A stretch of DNA of 64,000 bases from an uncultured Acidobacteriaceae bacterium (GCA_963737045.1 CAVTRG010000002.1:284858-348857); one strand, 5' to 3'; positions 17,934 to 26,952 are shown, numbered from the stretch's first letter. Notes: generated by a model from the letters alone, not told the origin. Program-made: numbers and translations.

Positions 17934-18665
17934 ATGAAACCGAGTTACCGCCAATGGCTGGAGCAGCAGAAGTATGATGCTGGAACGATCAATACGCAAA
18001 TTGCTCGATGCAAACGCGTCCAAGAGTACTACGGGGATCTTGACGAGGGCTACGCAGATGATCATCTCGCAAGCCTTATCGAAACTCTACGATACACAAA
18101 GGCGGACCAGCGAAACAATCGACTGAATCCGAGCAAAATTCCCATTGACGGCGATATCCATAACAATTTGGCATCATATCGTGCTTCAGTGCAGCTATAT
18201 CGGAGGTTTCGTGAGGCGATTCGCGATCTGCCGGATGCAGGTGTTCCCATAGACGAAGGCGGGATCAGACTACCCGAGGAACCATTGAATCAATGGATCA
18301 GTCTGGAGCGCGATATGCAAGCGGGACTCAGACTCGATATCAGCCAGCTGGAACAGGGCTTGACTATCATCGATGATGGTTCCGAACGGTCTGTAGATTC
18401 TGGGCTGATCGATATAACAGCGCGCGATGCTGCTGGTGCCACGGTCGTGATTGAACTTAAGGCAGGACCGGTTGGCCAGCGCGCAGTTGCACAAATTCTT
18501 ACCTATATGGGCGATCTAATCAGCGAGGAAGAATACGCAAGAGTGCGTGGAATCCTCGTCGCCTCAAGTTTCGATGCAAAGGCGAAAGCGGCCGCGAAGG
18601 CGGTACCGACCCTGGCGTTGCGCAAATACAGCGTGCGGTTTCTGTTCTCAGACGGGAACGCTTAG
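17934..18665 (+). CDS. NucS/DUF91-like PD-(D/E)XK nuclease-domain protein with an uncharacterised N-terminal domain
   Basis: The C-terminal block GLIDITARDAAGATVVIELKAGPVGQRAVAQILTYMGDL carries the D...E-x-K nuclease core as in NucS/EndoMS C-terminal domains. N-terminal 140 aa not recognised. Confidence 0.7.
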   Translation: MKPSYRQWLEQQKYDAGTINTQIARCKRVQEYYGDLDEGYADDHLASLIETLRYTKADQRNNRLNPSKIPIDGDIHNNLASYRASVQLYRRFREAIRDLPDAGVPIDEGGIRLPEEPLNQWISLERDMQAGLRLDISQLEQGLTIIDDGSERSVDSGLIDITARDAAGATVVIELKAGPVGQRAVAQILTYMGDLISEEEYARVRGILVASSFDAKAKAAAKAVPTLALRKYSVRFLFSDGNA

Positions 18666-18826
18666 GAGCGTTTCTTTGGAGTCCGCTGCTTCGCTTTGGT
18701 CGGTTGTGCTCCCGGCCTGAGCACATCTTCGTCGGCTTGACTTGCAGCGCTTCGTCCGTCCTCAGCAGAATGTGGACCTCGTCACCGGGATGTTGCACTT
18801 TCTTCCTTATCAGCTCAGACGCTACG

Positions 18827-19252
18827 TTACTGGGGAGCCTCGTCTGGTTCACGCGGAAACTCCGTTGCTGCGATTGCTTCGCTTAGTTCTTGTGCCATAT
18901 TGGTCACGTTCGCCTCCGTAAGATCACGTAGCTTATGGCGGTAATCGGCATATCTATCTAGAGTCCGCAGATTCTGTGGCAGGAGGGCTAAATCATTTGC
19001 GTGAAGCCAGCCTACATAGAAGTCCCATAACTCTTGCAACCGGTGGGCGCTGCGAACATCAGCCATCGCTCCAGCTTGATTGTTTCCGTCGCGCTTAAAT
19101 TTAGCGATTGTCTGCCGTTGCCGAAGAAATTCCTGCTTTGCCGATTGTTCGGTTGTGATCCGCATTTTCTGCCGCTCCTTGTCGGCTTCATGGCGGAGAT
19201 CTAGAGATAACTTTAGGAAGTACCCGAGCCCAGCAATCATGGCGAGAATCAC
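18827..19252 (-). CDS. hypothetical protein (weak call)
   Basis: 141-aa ORF with a GTG start that cuts into a hydrophobic segment (WSSAIANAISG|VILAMIAGLGYFL), so it may itself be a remnant. No family recognised. Confidence 0.3.
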   Translation of the reverse strand: MILAMIAGLGYFLKLSLDLRHEADKERQKMRITTEQSAKQEFLRQRQTIAKFKRDGNNQAGAMADVRSAHRLQELWDFYVGWLHANDLALLPQNLRTLDRYADYRHKLRDLTEANVTNMAQELSEAIAATEFPREPDEAPQ

Positions 19253-19798
19253 TCCACTGATCGCGTTCGCAATTGCGCTGGACCATATGTCTACCTTTTA
19301 TCCCAGAACTTATGGATAAATGAGGATTCGACGAGCATTCTACTTTCAAAGCCGACCGTAGTGCGCCTGAAGCCAGAACTACGACAACAGATTTTCTGAT
19401 CGAAGTATCAAATACCGGGGGCGGGGTTCGACCCCGCATTGGTGCGACCAACCCGATCCCAAATCGGGTGTAGCCTTGATCGCCCTCGGGAGCTGGTTTC
19501 GGGCTTCGATTCGAGCTTGTAGATGTTCTCAATTACGCCGCAATGCGAGCGAACCGGACCCTTCCACCAGAACGGTCTTCCCAGGTGCTCGCGCGCTGCA
19601 TCTTCGTCCTGCTATTACTTCTGAAGTAGTCCGCCCGTGCATTAAGTGTACGCTTTTTACTTGGGTCAATCACGGGCACAACTCACCTTAATCCCCAAGT
19701 CACTCAATAGCTTATCCTCAAATCCCCGCCCTCTCGCCCAAGCCCCGCGGTTACCGTGCTCGCGGAGGTTCCGTTCCATATCTTCAGATAGCAAATCC

Positions 19799-20504
19799 AT
19801 GCCAATCGCGTCAACGCACAAGCTTCGACCGGTCCCAAAACTCCCGAGGGCAAGTCCAAATCTTCCCTGAATGCCGTCAAGACCGGTCTCACCGGCCGCA
19901 CCATCCTGCTGCCGGACGATGACGCCGCCGCCTACCAGCAACACGTTCAGCGCTTCTTCGACCAATACCAACCTGTCGGCGATTCCGAGCACTCACTCAC
20001 GCAATCACTCGCCGCGATTGGATGAGGCCGCGGTCTCTCAGCGAGCCGAAGACTCAAATTAGGTGGCGTCTGCTGCGCATCCCCTCTCTGGAAATGGGCA
20101 TCTATGCGCTGGGGCGCCTTGAATTCGCTTCCCAATTCGAGCAGGAAGAACCCGCCGTCCGGGCCGCGCTCATCGAAGCGCAAGTCTTTCTCGCCTACCA
20201 GAAACAGCTCAATAATTTCAGTATTCAGGAAGGGCGTCTGCGTAAGCAGTGTGAGAAAGACCGCGCCGAGCTGGAGCAACTCCAAAAGGAGCGCAAAGCG
20301 CTCCAAGTGCAGCGCATGAAGCAGGCGGGCGAGCTCTATGAAGACGCCCGGCGCGCCCGCGCGCGCTTCGATCCGGCCGAATTTGGCTTCGAATTTTCAA
20401 CTCGCGAAATCGAGCAGCACTTAGCCGATCTCGACAAGCGTTTCGCCATCCGAAACCGCACCTTCTTTTCTCAAAAAGCAGTCGAACCCCAGCCTCGAGC
20501 GTGA
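19799..20504 (+). pseudogene. frameshifted conserved hypothetical gene (NRxNAQxSTGPKTPEGK...N..KTGLTG family)
   Basis: Frame 1 reads HANRVNAQASTGPKTPEGKSKSSLNAVKTGLTGRTILLPDDDAAAYQQHVQRFFDQYQPVGDSEHSLTQSLAAIG and stops at 20023-20025. The continuation (..WRLLRIPSLEMGIYALGRLEFASQFEQEEP... to 20504) is in frame 0. The only nearby ATG (19799) is in frame 2. Confidence 0.5.
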
Positions 20505-20512
20505 CGGCGGGG

Positions 20513-23035
20513 TTACTCGTGCCTCAGCGCCACTATCGGATCCACCTTCGTCGCGCGCCGTGCAGGTATATAGCAAGCCAGCAGTGCGATTATTGTCAAA
20601 ACCGCCGCGACGGCTCCGAACGTGACTGGATCTTCCGGACTAACTCCAAACAAAAATCGAGCAATCACCCGGGTTAACGCAAACGCCAACGCGCCGCCAA
20701 CCACCACTCCGGCCAGCGTTAGCTTGAGCCCCAATTTCGTAACTAGGCCCAGCACGCTCGCCCGCTCGGCACCCAACGCGATGCGAATGCCGATCTCGCG
20801 CGTCCGCTCGCTCACGAAGTAAGACATCACTCCGTATATTCCTACCGCCGCCAGCAGCAGCGCCATCGCCGCAAAGATCTCGAGCAAACGCATCACAAAC
20901 TTTGAATCGTCAATCGAAACGGCGAGGAAACGCTGCATCGTTGTGATATCGGTAACCGGTTCGTCCGGATCTATCTTCGAGACCACCTTCCTGATATTCG
21001 AGGCGAAATCGTGATCCCAACTCGACCCAGGCGACACCCGTACAAAGATGTTCTGCGAAGTGTGAGAGATGGTGCTGCCTCCGGGAAAGATCGCCGGCTG
21101 CTGGAGGTACGAGGCGTACACCATCGGCGGAGGAGTCTTTTCTGCTAGCCCGAAATACTTCACGTCGCCGACCACTCCGACGATTTCGCGCGGCCGCTCT
21201 TCGTCTATCTTGTACGGTTCGTATTGCAACAGCAGTCGCTTGCCGATCGCATCTTCGTTCGGAAAGTAGTGCCGCGCAAAGGTCTCGGTGACAACAACGG
21301 CCCAAGGCATGCTTCCCCGGTCAGACTCGCTCAAATAGCGGCCCTTCTTCAACGGAATCCGCAAGGTATGAAACAAGGACGGGCTCGCTTCGGCGTATGC
21401 AGCTTCCGGCCTTCTCTCGGGCGCGGGAGCCGGACGTCCAAGGATGGAAAACGTTATGCCTCTGATCATCTGGCTCATCGTCCCCACCGCTTCGATGCTC
21501 GGCTGGCCGGTTATGCTTTCGAGCAGATGCTGGTAGAAAAGCGTCACCAGCGGAGACGTTTTTTCCATGTCCCCACCGGGCACCCTTTCGACGTACTTCC
21601 CTCCTTCCGGCAAAGACGTTCCGCCGACCATGACGTTCTTCGTATCAACGCCCGGGTCGACCTGCTTCAAACGAAGCACCGTATTGATCATGAGACCGGC
21701 GCCCACAAGCAGTAACATTGCAAGCGCCACTTCAGACACAGCGAGCAAGTGACGACTCCACCCGCGTGATCCAGCCACTCTCGTGCGGTCGCCCTGTCGA
21801 ATGACCGCATTCAGATCAGCCTTGGACGCACGCAGAGCGGGTCCGGCCCCGAACAATATCGGCGTCAGCAGACAGAGACCCAGCGTGAACAGCAACACCC
21901 GGCCATCGACACCCATGCTGTCGGCATTAGGAAAACCGAGGCCTCCCGGAGCAACCCATTGGCCTTGGGCAAGCTTCAGGAAAAATTGAATACCCAAAAA
22001 CGTGAGCCCGATTCCAAGCGCGCCGCCCAGAAAAGCCAGCAGTCCGCTCTCAACCAGTAATTGCTGCATAATACGCCGTCGTCCCGCTCCCAGTGAGGCT
22101 CGTACGGCCTGCTCTTTCCGGCGTGTCTCGGTCCGGGCCTGCGATAGATTCGCTACGTTCAGGCAAGCAATCAACAGCACAAAACCCACGGCTCCCAGGA
22201 ATGGGTAAAGCGTTCGTGCCCAGCCGAAAATCGCTTCGTGCAAGGGCACAAGTTTCGCCCGAATTCCCTTATTGCTCTTCGGATACGCTCGCTCGAGTCG
22301 CTGCTCGATAACGTTCATTTCGGCTTGCGCTTGGGCAAGTGTCACCCCTGGCTTGAGCCGTCCCACCGGCATCAACCAGCCCCTATCTTTGCGTTCTGAA
22401 TATCTCGCGCTCTCCGGATTAATGGGCACCCAGCCATCGACTCTTTCCCCTTGAAACGGAGCAAAGTGGGGCGGCATGATGCCCACGACTGTAGACATAA
22501 CGCCTCCAATCTCGAACGTTTTTCCGATCACCTTCGGATCGCTGCCGAATCGCCGTTTCCAGAAAGCATCGCTGATGAGAACCGTTTGATTCAGATCGTG
22601 AATTTCGCCTTTGGTGAACACTCGTCCTAAAGCCGGGTTCACGCGCAGTACGCTGAAGAAGTTCGGCGTAACGGCTTGGGCGCGAATCGGCTCTGGCTGA
22701 CCGCCTCGCGCCATGCGCAACCCCTCGGGGCCGCTCGCTAATGCGATGTCCTCGAAAACATGGTTCTGCTTATTCCAATCGACTAGTTCCGCAATCGGCG
22801 GCCCTTCTTCGGAACCCGGTTCTGCCTGCTCGGTTTCCCAAATCACCATCAGCCGGTCAGGGTCGTCATACGGCAAAGGACGGTAGAGCTCCGCATTGAT
22901 CACGCTGAACATCGTGCTGTTCGCCGCGATTCCAAGAGCAAGTGAGGCAATCACTACCACGGCAAATCCCGGCGATCTTCCCAGGCTGCGAACGGCGTAG
23001 CGGACGTCTTGGTACAGACTCTCGAATGTACGCAC
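20513..23035 (-). CDS. ADOP-type duplicated ABC transporter permease (MacB/FtsX-like), no adjacent PadR
   Basis: 840 aa. N-terminus ..YQDVRYAVRSLGRSPGFAVVVIASLALGIAANSTMFSV. Two MacB-like periplasmic domains, each followed by an FtsX 4-TM module. C-terminus ARRATKVDPIVALRHE. Confidence 0.9.
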   Translation of the reverse strand: MRTFESLYQDVRYAVRSLGRSPGFAVVVIASLALGIAANSTMFSVINAELYRPLPYDDPDRLMVIWETEQAEPGSEEGPPIAELVDWNKQNHVFEDIALASGPEGLRMARGGQPEPIRAQAVTPNFFSVLRVNPALGRVFTKGEIHDLNQTVLISDAFWKRRFGSDPKVIGKTFEIGGVMSTVVGIMPPHFAPFQGERVDGWVPINPESARYSERKDRGWLMPVGRLKPGVTLAQAQAEMNVIEQRLERAYPKSNKGIRAKLVPLHEAIFGWARTLYPFLGAVGFVLLIACLNVANLSQARTETRRKEQAVRASLGAGRRRIMQQLLVESGLLAFLGGALGIGLTFLGIQFFLKLAQGQWVAPGGLGFPNADSMGVDGRVLLFTLGLCLLTPILFGAGPALRASKADLNAVIRQGDRTRVAGSRGWSRHLLAVSEVALAMLLLVGAGLMINTVLRLKQVDPGVDTKNVMVGGTSLPEGGKYVERVPGGDMEKTSPLVTLFYQHLLESITGQPSIEAVGTMSQMIRGITFSILGRPAPAPERRPEAAYAEASPSLFHTLRIPLKKGRYLSESDRGSMPWAVVVTETFARHYFPNEDAIGKRLLLQYEPYKIDEERPREIVGVVGDVKYFGLAEKTPPPMVYASYLQQPAIFPGGSTISHTSQNIFVRVSPGSSWDHDFASNIRKVVSKIDPDEPVTDITTMQRFLAVSIDDSKFVMRLLEIFAAMALLLAAVGIYGVMSYFVSERTREIGIRIALGAERASVLGLVTKLGLKLTLAGVVVGGALAFALTRVIARFLFGVSPEDPVTFGAVAAVLTIIALLACYIPARRATKVDPIVALRHE

Positions 23036-23281
23036 GCTAGAACGTCCCGATATTACTTAAGAATCGAAACACGCGACGGCGGAATCTTACAAGCAGAGCA
23101 ACGGCCATAGGGATTGACAGAAAAAGCGCTTCTGCCACACCGCTGCCGTTGTCTGGTGAAATATGAAACCAACGTTCGATGAAGTCCATGAGTCCAGGCT
23201 AAGGTGAAGATAGGTCTATCATTATAAACTCGTTATTTTCACGAGTAGAAATCCCATTTCATTCACGTCTCTCTAACAGGC

Positions 23282-24145
23282 ATGACGAAATCTCGAATCG
23301 ACGCAATCGCGCTGTTCGCCGCAATGATTGCGGCCGGTTTGGCTGCATTAGAGGCGGCGCAGCCCCTCGCTTGGATCAGCAGCATCGCAGGAGTCGTTCT
23401 GCTGTTGACAATTTTCGCGTACGACCAGGACGGCTACCGCTCCGTTTTCGAGAGCCTCGCTTTCTCGGCCGTATGTGGATTCTGCGCTGCGGTTGCAGCT
23501 GCAACGGGCTTTCGCGCTTGGATCTTGCGCGGCCAGCTGCTTGGACCCAACGTTCGGCTCGCGGTTGACCCTTTGGCCGGTGACTGGTTGCTATTGACCT
23601 GGGCCTGTTTGACCCTGTTCTTTCTGCTGATCGATCGGATCCGGATGAATAGCCGGCAGGCGGTCCAGGAAGAGGCTGCTCGGCCGATTAAATATTCCGC
23701 CCGCACGTTCAACATCGCCGGCGAGCCGACTGCACCGCATCTTGTTGCCACCCCACCTAGACCGGTCCCGCCGACCCCGCAACAGCCGGTCTCAGCAGCC
23801 CCGCCCGAGCCTGCCCCAACCCCGGAGCCGGTTGCACCCGCAGCCATTCCGATCACACCTGTCGCTGCCCCGGAGCCTGCTGCTCAAACTGCTCCTGTTA
23901 CGGCAGTCCCAGTCCGGCCTCTCAAAGAGACCATGGTTTACGTGAATCTCATGGGCGAAGGCTTGAACGTTATGCGCTCCGTGCGAGCCGAACACTTGGG
24001 CCGCAACTTCTACAAGATTGTCGAACCGATGCCCGAAGGAGAGACCTGGGAGTATGCGCCCGGGCAGGTCGTGCGCTGCGAAAAGAAGAAGCTTTCGACC
24101 GGTAAGGCGTTGGTAGCAGTCGAGGAAGCACCCCGGCGCGCATAA
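23282..24145 (+). CDS. hypothetical membrane protein with a Pro-rich linker and a small C-terminal soluble domain
   Basis: About four N-terminal TM helices, a Pro/Ala-rich segment (PPRPVPPTPQQPVSAAPPEPAPTPEPVAPAAIP...), then a C-terminal domain of about 70 aa. No family recognised. Confidence 0.55.
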   Translation: MTKSRIDAIALFAAMIAAGLAALEAAQPLAWISSIAGVVLLLTIFAYDQDGYRSVFESLAFSAVCGFCAAVAAATGFRAWILRGQLLGPNVRLAVDPLAGDWLLLTWACLTLFFLLIDRIRMNSRQAVQEEAARPIKYSARTFNIAGEPTAPHLVATPPRPVPPTPQQPVSAAPPEPAPTPEPVAPAAIPITPVAAPEPAAQTAPVTAVPVRPLKETMVYVNLMGEGLNVMRSVRAEHLGRNFYKIVEPMPEGETWEYAPGQVVRCEKKKLSTGKALVAVEEAPRRA

Positions 24146-24203
24146 GCGATCGATACGCAACCGCCGAGATAAGTTGCAACCTGATAAGATCAGCGAAACG
24201 AAT

Positions 24204-24779
24204 ATGGCATCCCTATTGGCGATGAACTGGTGGGCGCTGGCTGCTCGCGGCGTAATTGCAATTCTATTCGCGATTTTGACCTTCTCGGTGCCGGGCCTTA
24301 CGCTGGCCGCCCTGGTTCTAATCTTCGGGGCGTATGCGCTGCTTGACGGAATTCTGGCGATCATTTCAGCAGTTCGCGCCGCGCGCGGTCACAAACGCTG
24401 GGGAGCGTTTCTGCTCGAAGGAATCGTTGGCATAGCCGCCGGTTTGTTCACCTTCTTCATTCCGGGACTCACTCTGATGTTTTTGATTTACCTCGTTGCT
24501 GCGTGGGCCGTCATCACAGGAATACTCGAGATCTCGGCGGCTATTCGGTTGAGGCGCCACATTGCAGGAGAATGGCTTCTCGCGCTCACGGGCGCAGTCT
24601 CAATCGCCTTCGGCATTCTGATTTATATCGCGCCGATCGCGGGAGCCGTGGTGATTGTATGGTGGCTCGCCGCTTATGCCCTGATCTTCGGAGTCCTGCT
24701 CTTGATTCTGGCGTTCCGGCTGCGCTCGCTTCGCCCCAGGTTAAGCGCGCAGAGTCCGACGGCACCCGCACAGACCTGA
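24204..24779 (+). CDS. HdeD/DUF308 family membrane protein
   Basis: ATG at 24204 preferred over the upstream TTG. Repeated paired-TM pattern WWALAARGVIAILFAILTFSVPGLTLAALVLIFGAYALLDGILAI... typical of HdeD-like proteins. Confidence 0.8.
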   Translation: MASLLAMNWWALAARGVIAILFAILTFSVPGLTLAALVLIFGAYALLDGILAIISAVRAARGHKRWGAFLLEGIVGIAAGLFTFFIPGLTLMFLIYLVAAWAVITGILEISAAIRLRRHIAGEWLLALTGAVSIAFGILIYIAPIAGAVVIVWWLAAYALIFGVLLLILAFRLRSLRPRLSAQSPTAPAQT

Positions 24780-24796
24780 GGCTTGAGGCTCGGCTG

Positions 24797-26821
24797 CTAT
24801 TCGCCGTTGACCTCGGCTTGCGTAATCGTCACGGTAAAGGAGCACGAAGAGATTCCAGCTGCGCTGACGAAGAGCTCGTATTTACCGGCTTTCATCGCCG
24901 GGTGCAATGTGAAGTTAACGGTCTCCAACTTCGAGCGGCCGCCGTCAACCGCTGTCGAGCTCCAATTTGCTGTGCGTGCGTAATAAACATTTTCGCTCGA
25001 GTTCACTAGCCGCACGATGGGGTAATTCTCGTCGCTTTGAACGTCATCCCCGTATGCCGATGTGTCCGATGGCCCATTCAGTTGTGTGCCTGTCAGCGTG
25101 AAAACACCTTTCCCGTCGTACACAACCTTTTTAGTCTGCGGCCGCAGTGCTTCGGGCGCAGCGCCATCCGGTCTATAAACCCAGAGCTGGTTAGTTGAAT
25201 CCGAGAACAGCATCTGCCCTGTAGGGAGGACGAGCATTCGCGCCACAAAAGCTGGCGCCCCACTAAGCACGCTGTCCGGTATGGCGGGCGAAACCGGCGA
25301 TATCGTATTCGCCTTCGGATTGAAGTCGAAGAGCTCCGCGGGCGTGCTGAAAACTCCGCCAAACACTAGCCCCAGACCGTTGGTTGTCGCCGTTGCTGCC
25401 GCTGAGATCTCGACTTGCGTAGCCGAGTCGATGCTGGTGATGCGTGCGCCTGGGGGAATCGCCGAGTTGTTCCCGTTTTGCTGCGCGACGGCCCACCCCA
25501 CTTGCAAACCAGCCGTGGAAGGGATATGCGTGATCACCACCGACCCGCATCGTGTGTCCCCGCTTGAGGTGATGGGATTCGGACCCGCATCGGCCGCCAG
25601 CAGCACGTGCCCGTTTGGCATCAGCGCAGCTGGAGCATCGTCCGCGCCGAAACGCGCGTGATCGATGCTCCCGAAAGCGTTGCTCAATTTTCCGAAGATC
25701 TCTGGTCCCGCCTTCCAAGTGTTCGTTGACGGCGTGTATAGCGCTGTCAGATTATTGGCCCCGATTACCATTACGCGGCCGTCCTGAAGGCGCAACACCG
25801 GACCCAATTCGTACCCCAGGGCCGGGCTGCTCAGCACGGGAAGAGTGCCTTTGGCAGTGCCATCCGCCGGGCTGATGCTGGTCCACGCGTCAGTGCTCGG
25901 GTGATACACCTCCGCATAGCCCGTGTTCTCAGCGATGCTCTGGAAAAGGTCGTATGTCACGACACTGCCGTCCGGCTGCTTAGTCCAGCCCTCCTCGTCG
26001 CTCGGGTCGTTATACACTTTGTTGGCTGCAAACTCCCACGTGTTCGTCGCCGTCGAGAAGATATAAGTCGAATTGTCTAGAAGGTTCCCCACCAAAATTT
26101 TGTCCCGTGAGACCAGGATGGAGGGCTCGTCGCCCACGCATGCCACCGGCACACCCACGAACTGCAGCACCACATTGCCTGTGGTGGTCGCGTTCTTCGA
26201 TATGTGTACCTCCGTCGAGGAGTTCACGCTCACAACTGTCGCGCCCGACGGGATTCCCGTGCCCGCGACCGTCCAGCCCGGCAGCAAACGGTCGGTAGAA
26301 TAGATTCCCGTAATCACGTTCGAACCGGCTGTGATGTTCGCGTTCGATGTAACGGGCACCTGAAAGCAGCCACCGACTTCTGCCGGATAGGACGGAATAT
26401 TTGACCACGAGTTTGCTACCGGGTCCCATATTTGCCCCGATGGCGCCAAGTTTGAATCAAGGTATGGTCCTGAATACTCCCCACCTAATATCCAGACCCT
26501 GCCGTCTGGTAGCACCTGGGATTCGAAGTACAGCCGCGAGAAGTCCATCGGCGCAATCGGATTTTCTGTCCAACTTCCGTTGATGTAGCTGCCCCGTGAG
26601 TCAGGGGTAAGCCGAAGCCAGTCTGGCCCGTAGCCGTTCAGGATCATCACCGTACCGTCGGTCAGCAGGAGCATGCTGCCAACTCCGGATGTGGTCGGTG
26701 CGGGACGTGTAATTTTGGTCCAGCTCGCGGCGACACTGGGCAAAGGCGATGCGGCCAACAGCCCCCCAAAGATTGCGAACCCAATACTCGAAACTGCTCT
26801 ACGGCTCTTGCGCAAAGTCAT
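24797..26821 (-). CDS. secreted kelch/galactose-oxidase-like beta-propeller protein with a C-terminal Ig-like domain
   Basis: Start moved to the ATG at 26821 (MTLRKSRRAVSSIGFAIFGGLLAASPLPSVAA signal). The longer ORF would overlap the upstream gene. Propeller blades with LPDGRVWILGG, LQDGRVMVIG and MPNGHVLLA motifs. Terminal beta-sandwich-like segment. Confidence 0.65.
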   Translation of the reverse strand: MTLRKSRRAVSSIGFAIFGGLLAASPLPSVAASWTKITRPAPTTSGVGSMLLLTDGTVMILNGYGPDWLRLTPDSRGSYINGSWTENPIAPMDFSRLYFESQVLPDGRVWILGGEYSGPYLDSNLAPSGQIWDPVANSWSNIPSYPAEVGGCFQVPVTSNANITAGSNVITGIYSTDRLLPGWTVAGTGIPSGATVVSVNSSTEVHISKNATTTGNVVLQFVGVPVACVGDEPSILVSRDKILVGNLLDNSTYIFSTATNTWEFAANKVYNDPSDEEGWTKQPDGSVVTYDLFQSIAENTGYAEVYHPSTDAWTSISPADGTAKGTLPVLSSPALGYELGPVLRLQDGRVMVIGANNLTALYTPSTNTWKAGPEIFGKLSNAFGSIDHARFGADDAPAALMPNGHVLLAADAGPNPITSSGDTRCGSVVITHIPSTAGLQVGWAVAQQNGNNSAIPPGARITSIDSATQVEISAAATATTNGLGLVFGGVFSTPAELFDFNPKANTISPVSPAIPDSVLSGAPAFVARMLVLPTGQMLFSDSTNQLWVYRPDGAAPEALRPQTKKVVYDGKGVFTLTGTQLNGPSDTSAYGDDVQSDENYPIVRLVNSSENVYYARTANWSSTAVDGGRSKLETVNFTLHPAMKAGKYELFVSAAGISSCSFTVTITQAEVNGE

Positions 26822-26952
26822 AAACCCCTCCCGTTCGCGTAGCCTAGACCCGCGTACCCAATTTCCAAGTCGCTCGGCAAGTATACAGGGCTGCCCTCGT
26901 AACCGGCAAGAGAAAGCGTGAGTCCTAGTACTCTGTCGCGATTCCAGGTTCA

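Noticed and set aside
19322-19469. tRNA/tmRNA-like sequence motifs: GGATTCGACG at 19323-19332 (like a tmRNA 5' region), GGGGTTCGACCCCGC (T-arm-like), and ...GGTGCGACCA (a CCA-like end).
   Set aside because: I could not fold a cloverleaf or a tmRNA tRNA-like domain. With canonical T54-C56 numbering the T stem has two mismatches. The spacing to CCA is off by one. No complementary 5' acceptor strand exists. The fragment is not a copy of the tRNA-Cys 3' end. It is better described as two stem-loops, and at most a very degraded tRNA remnant.
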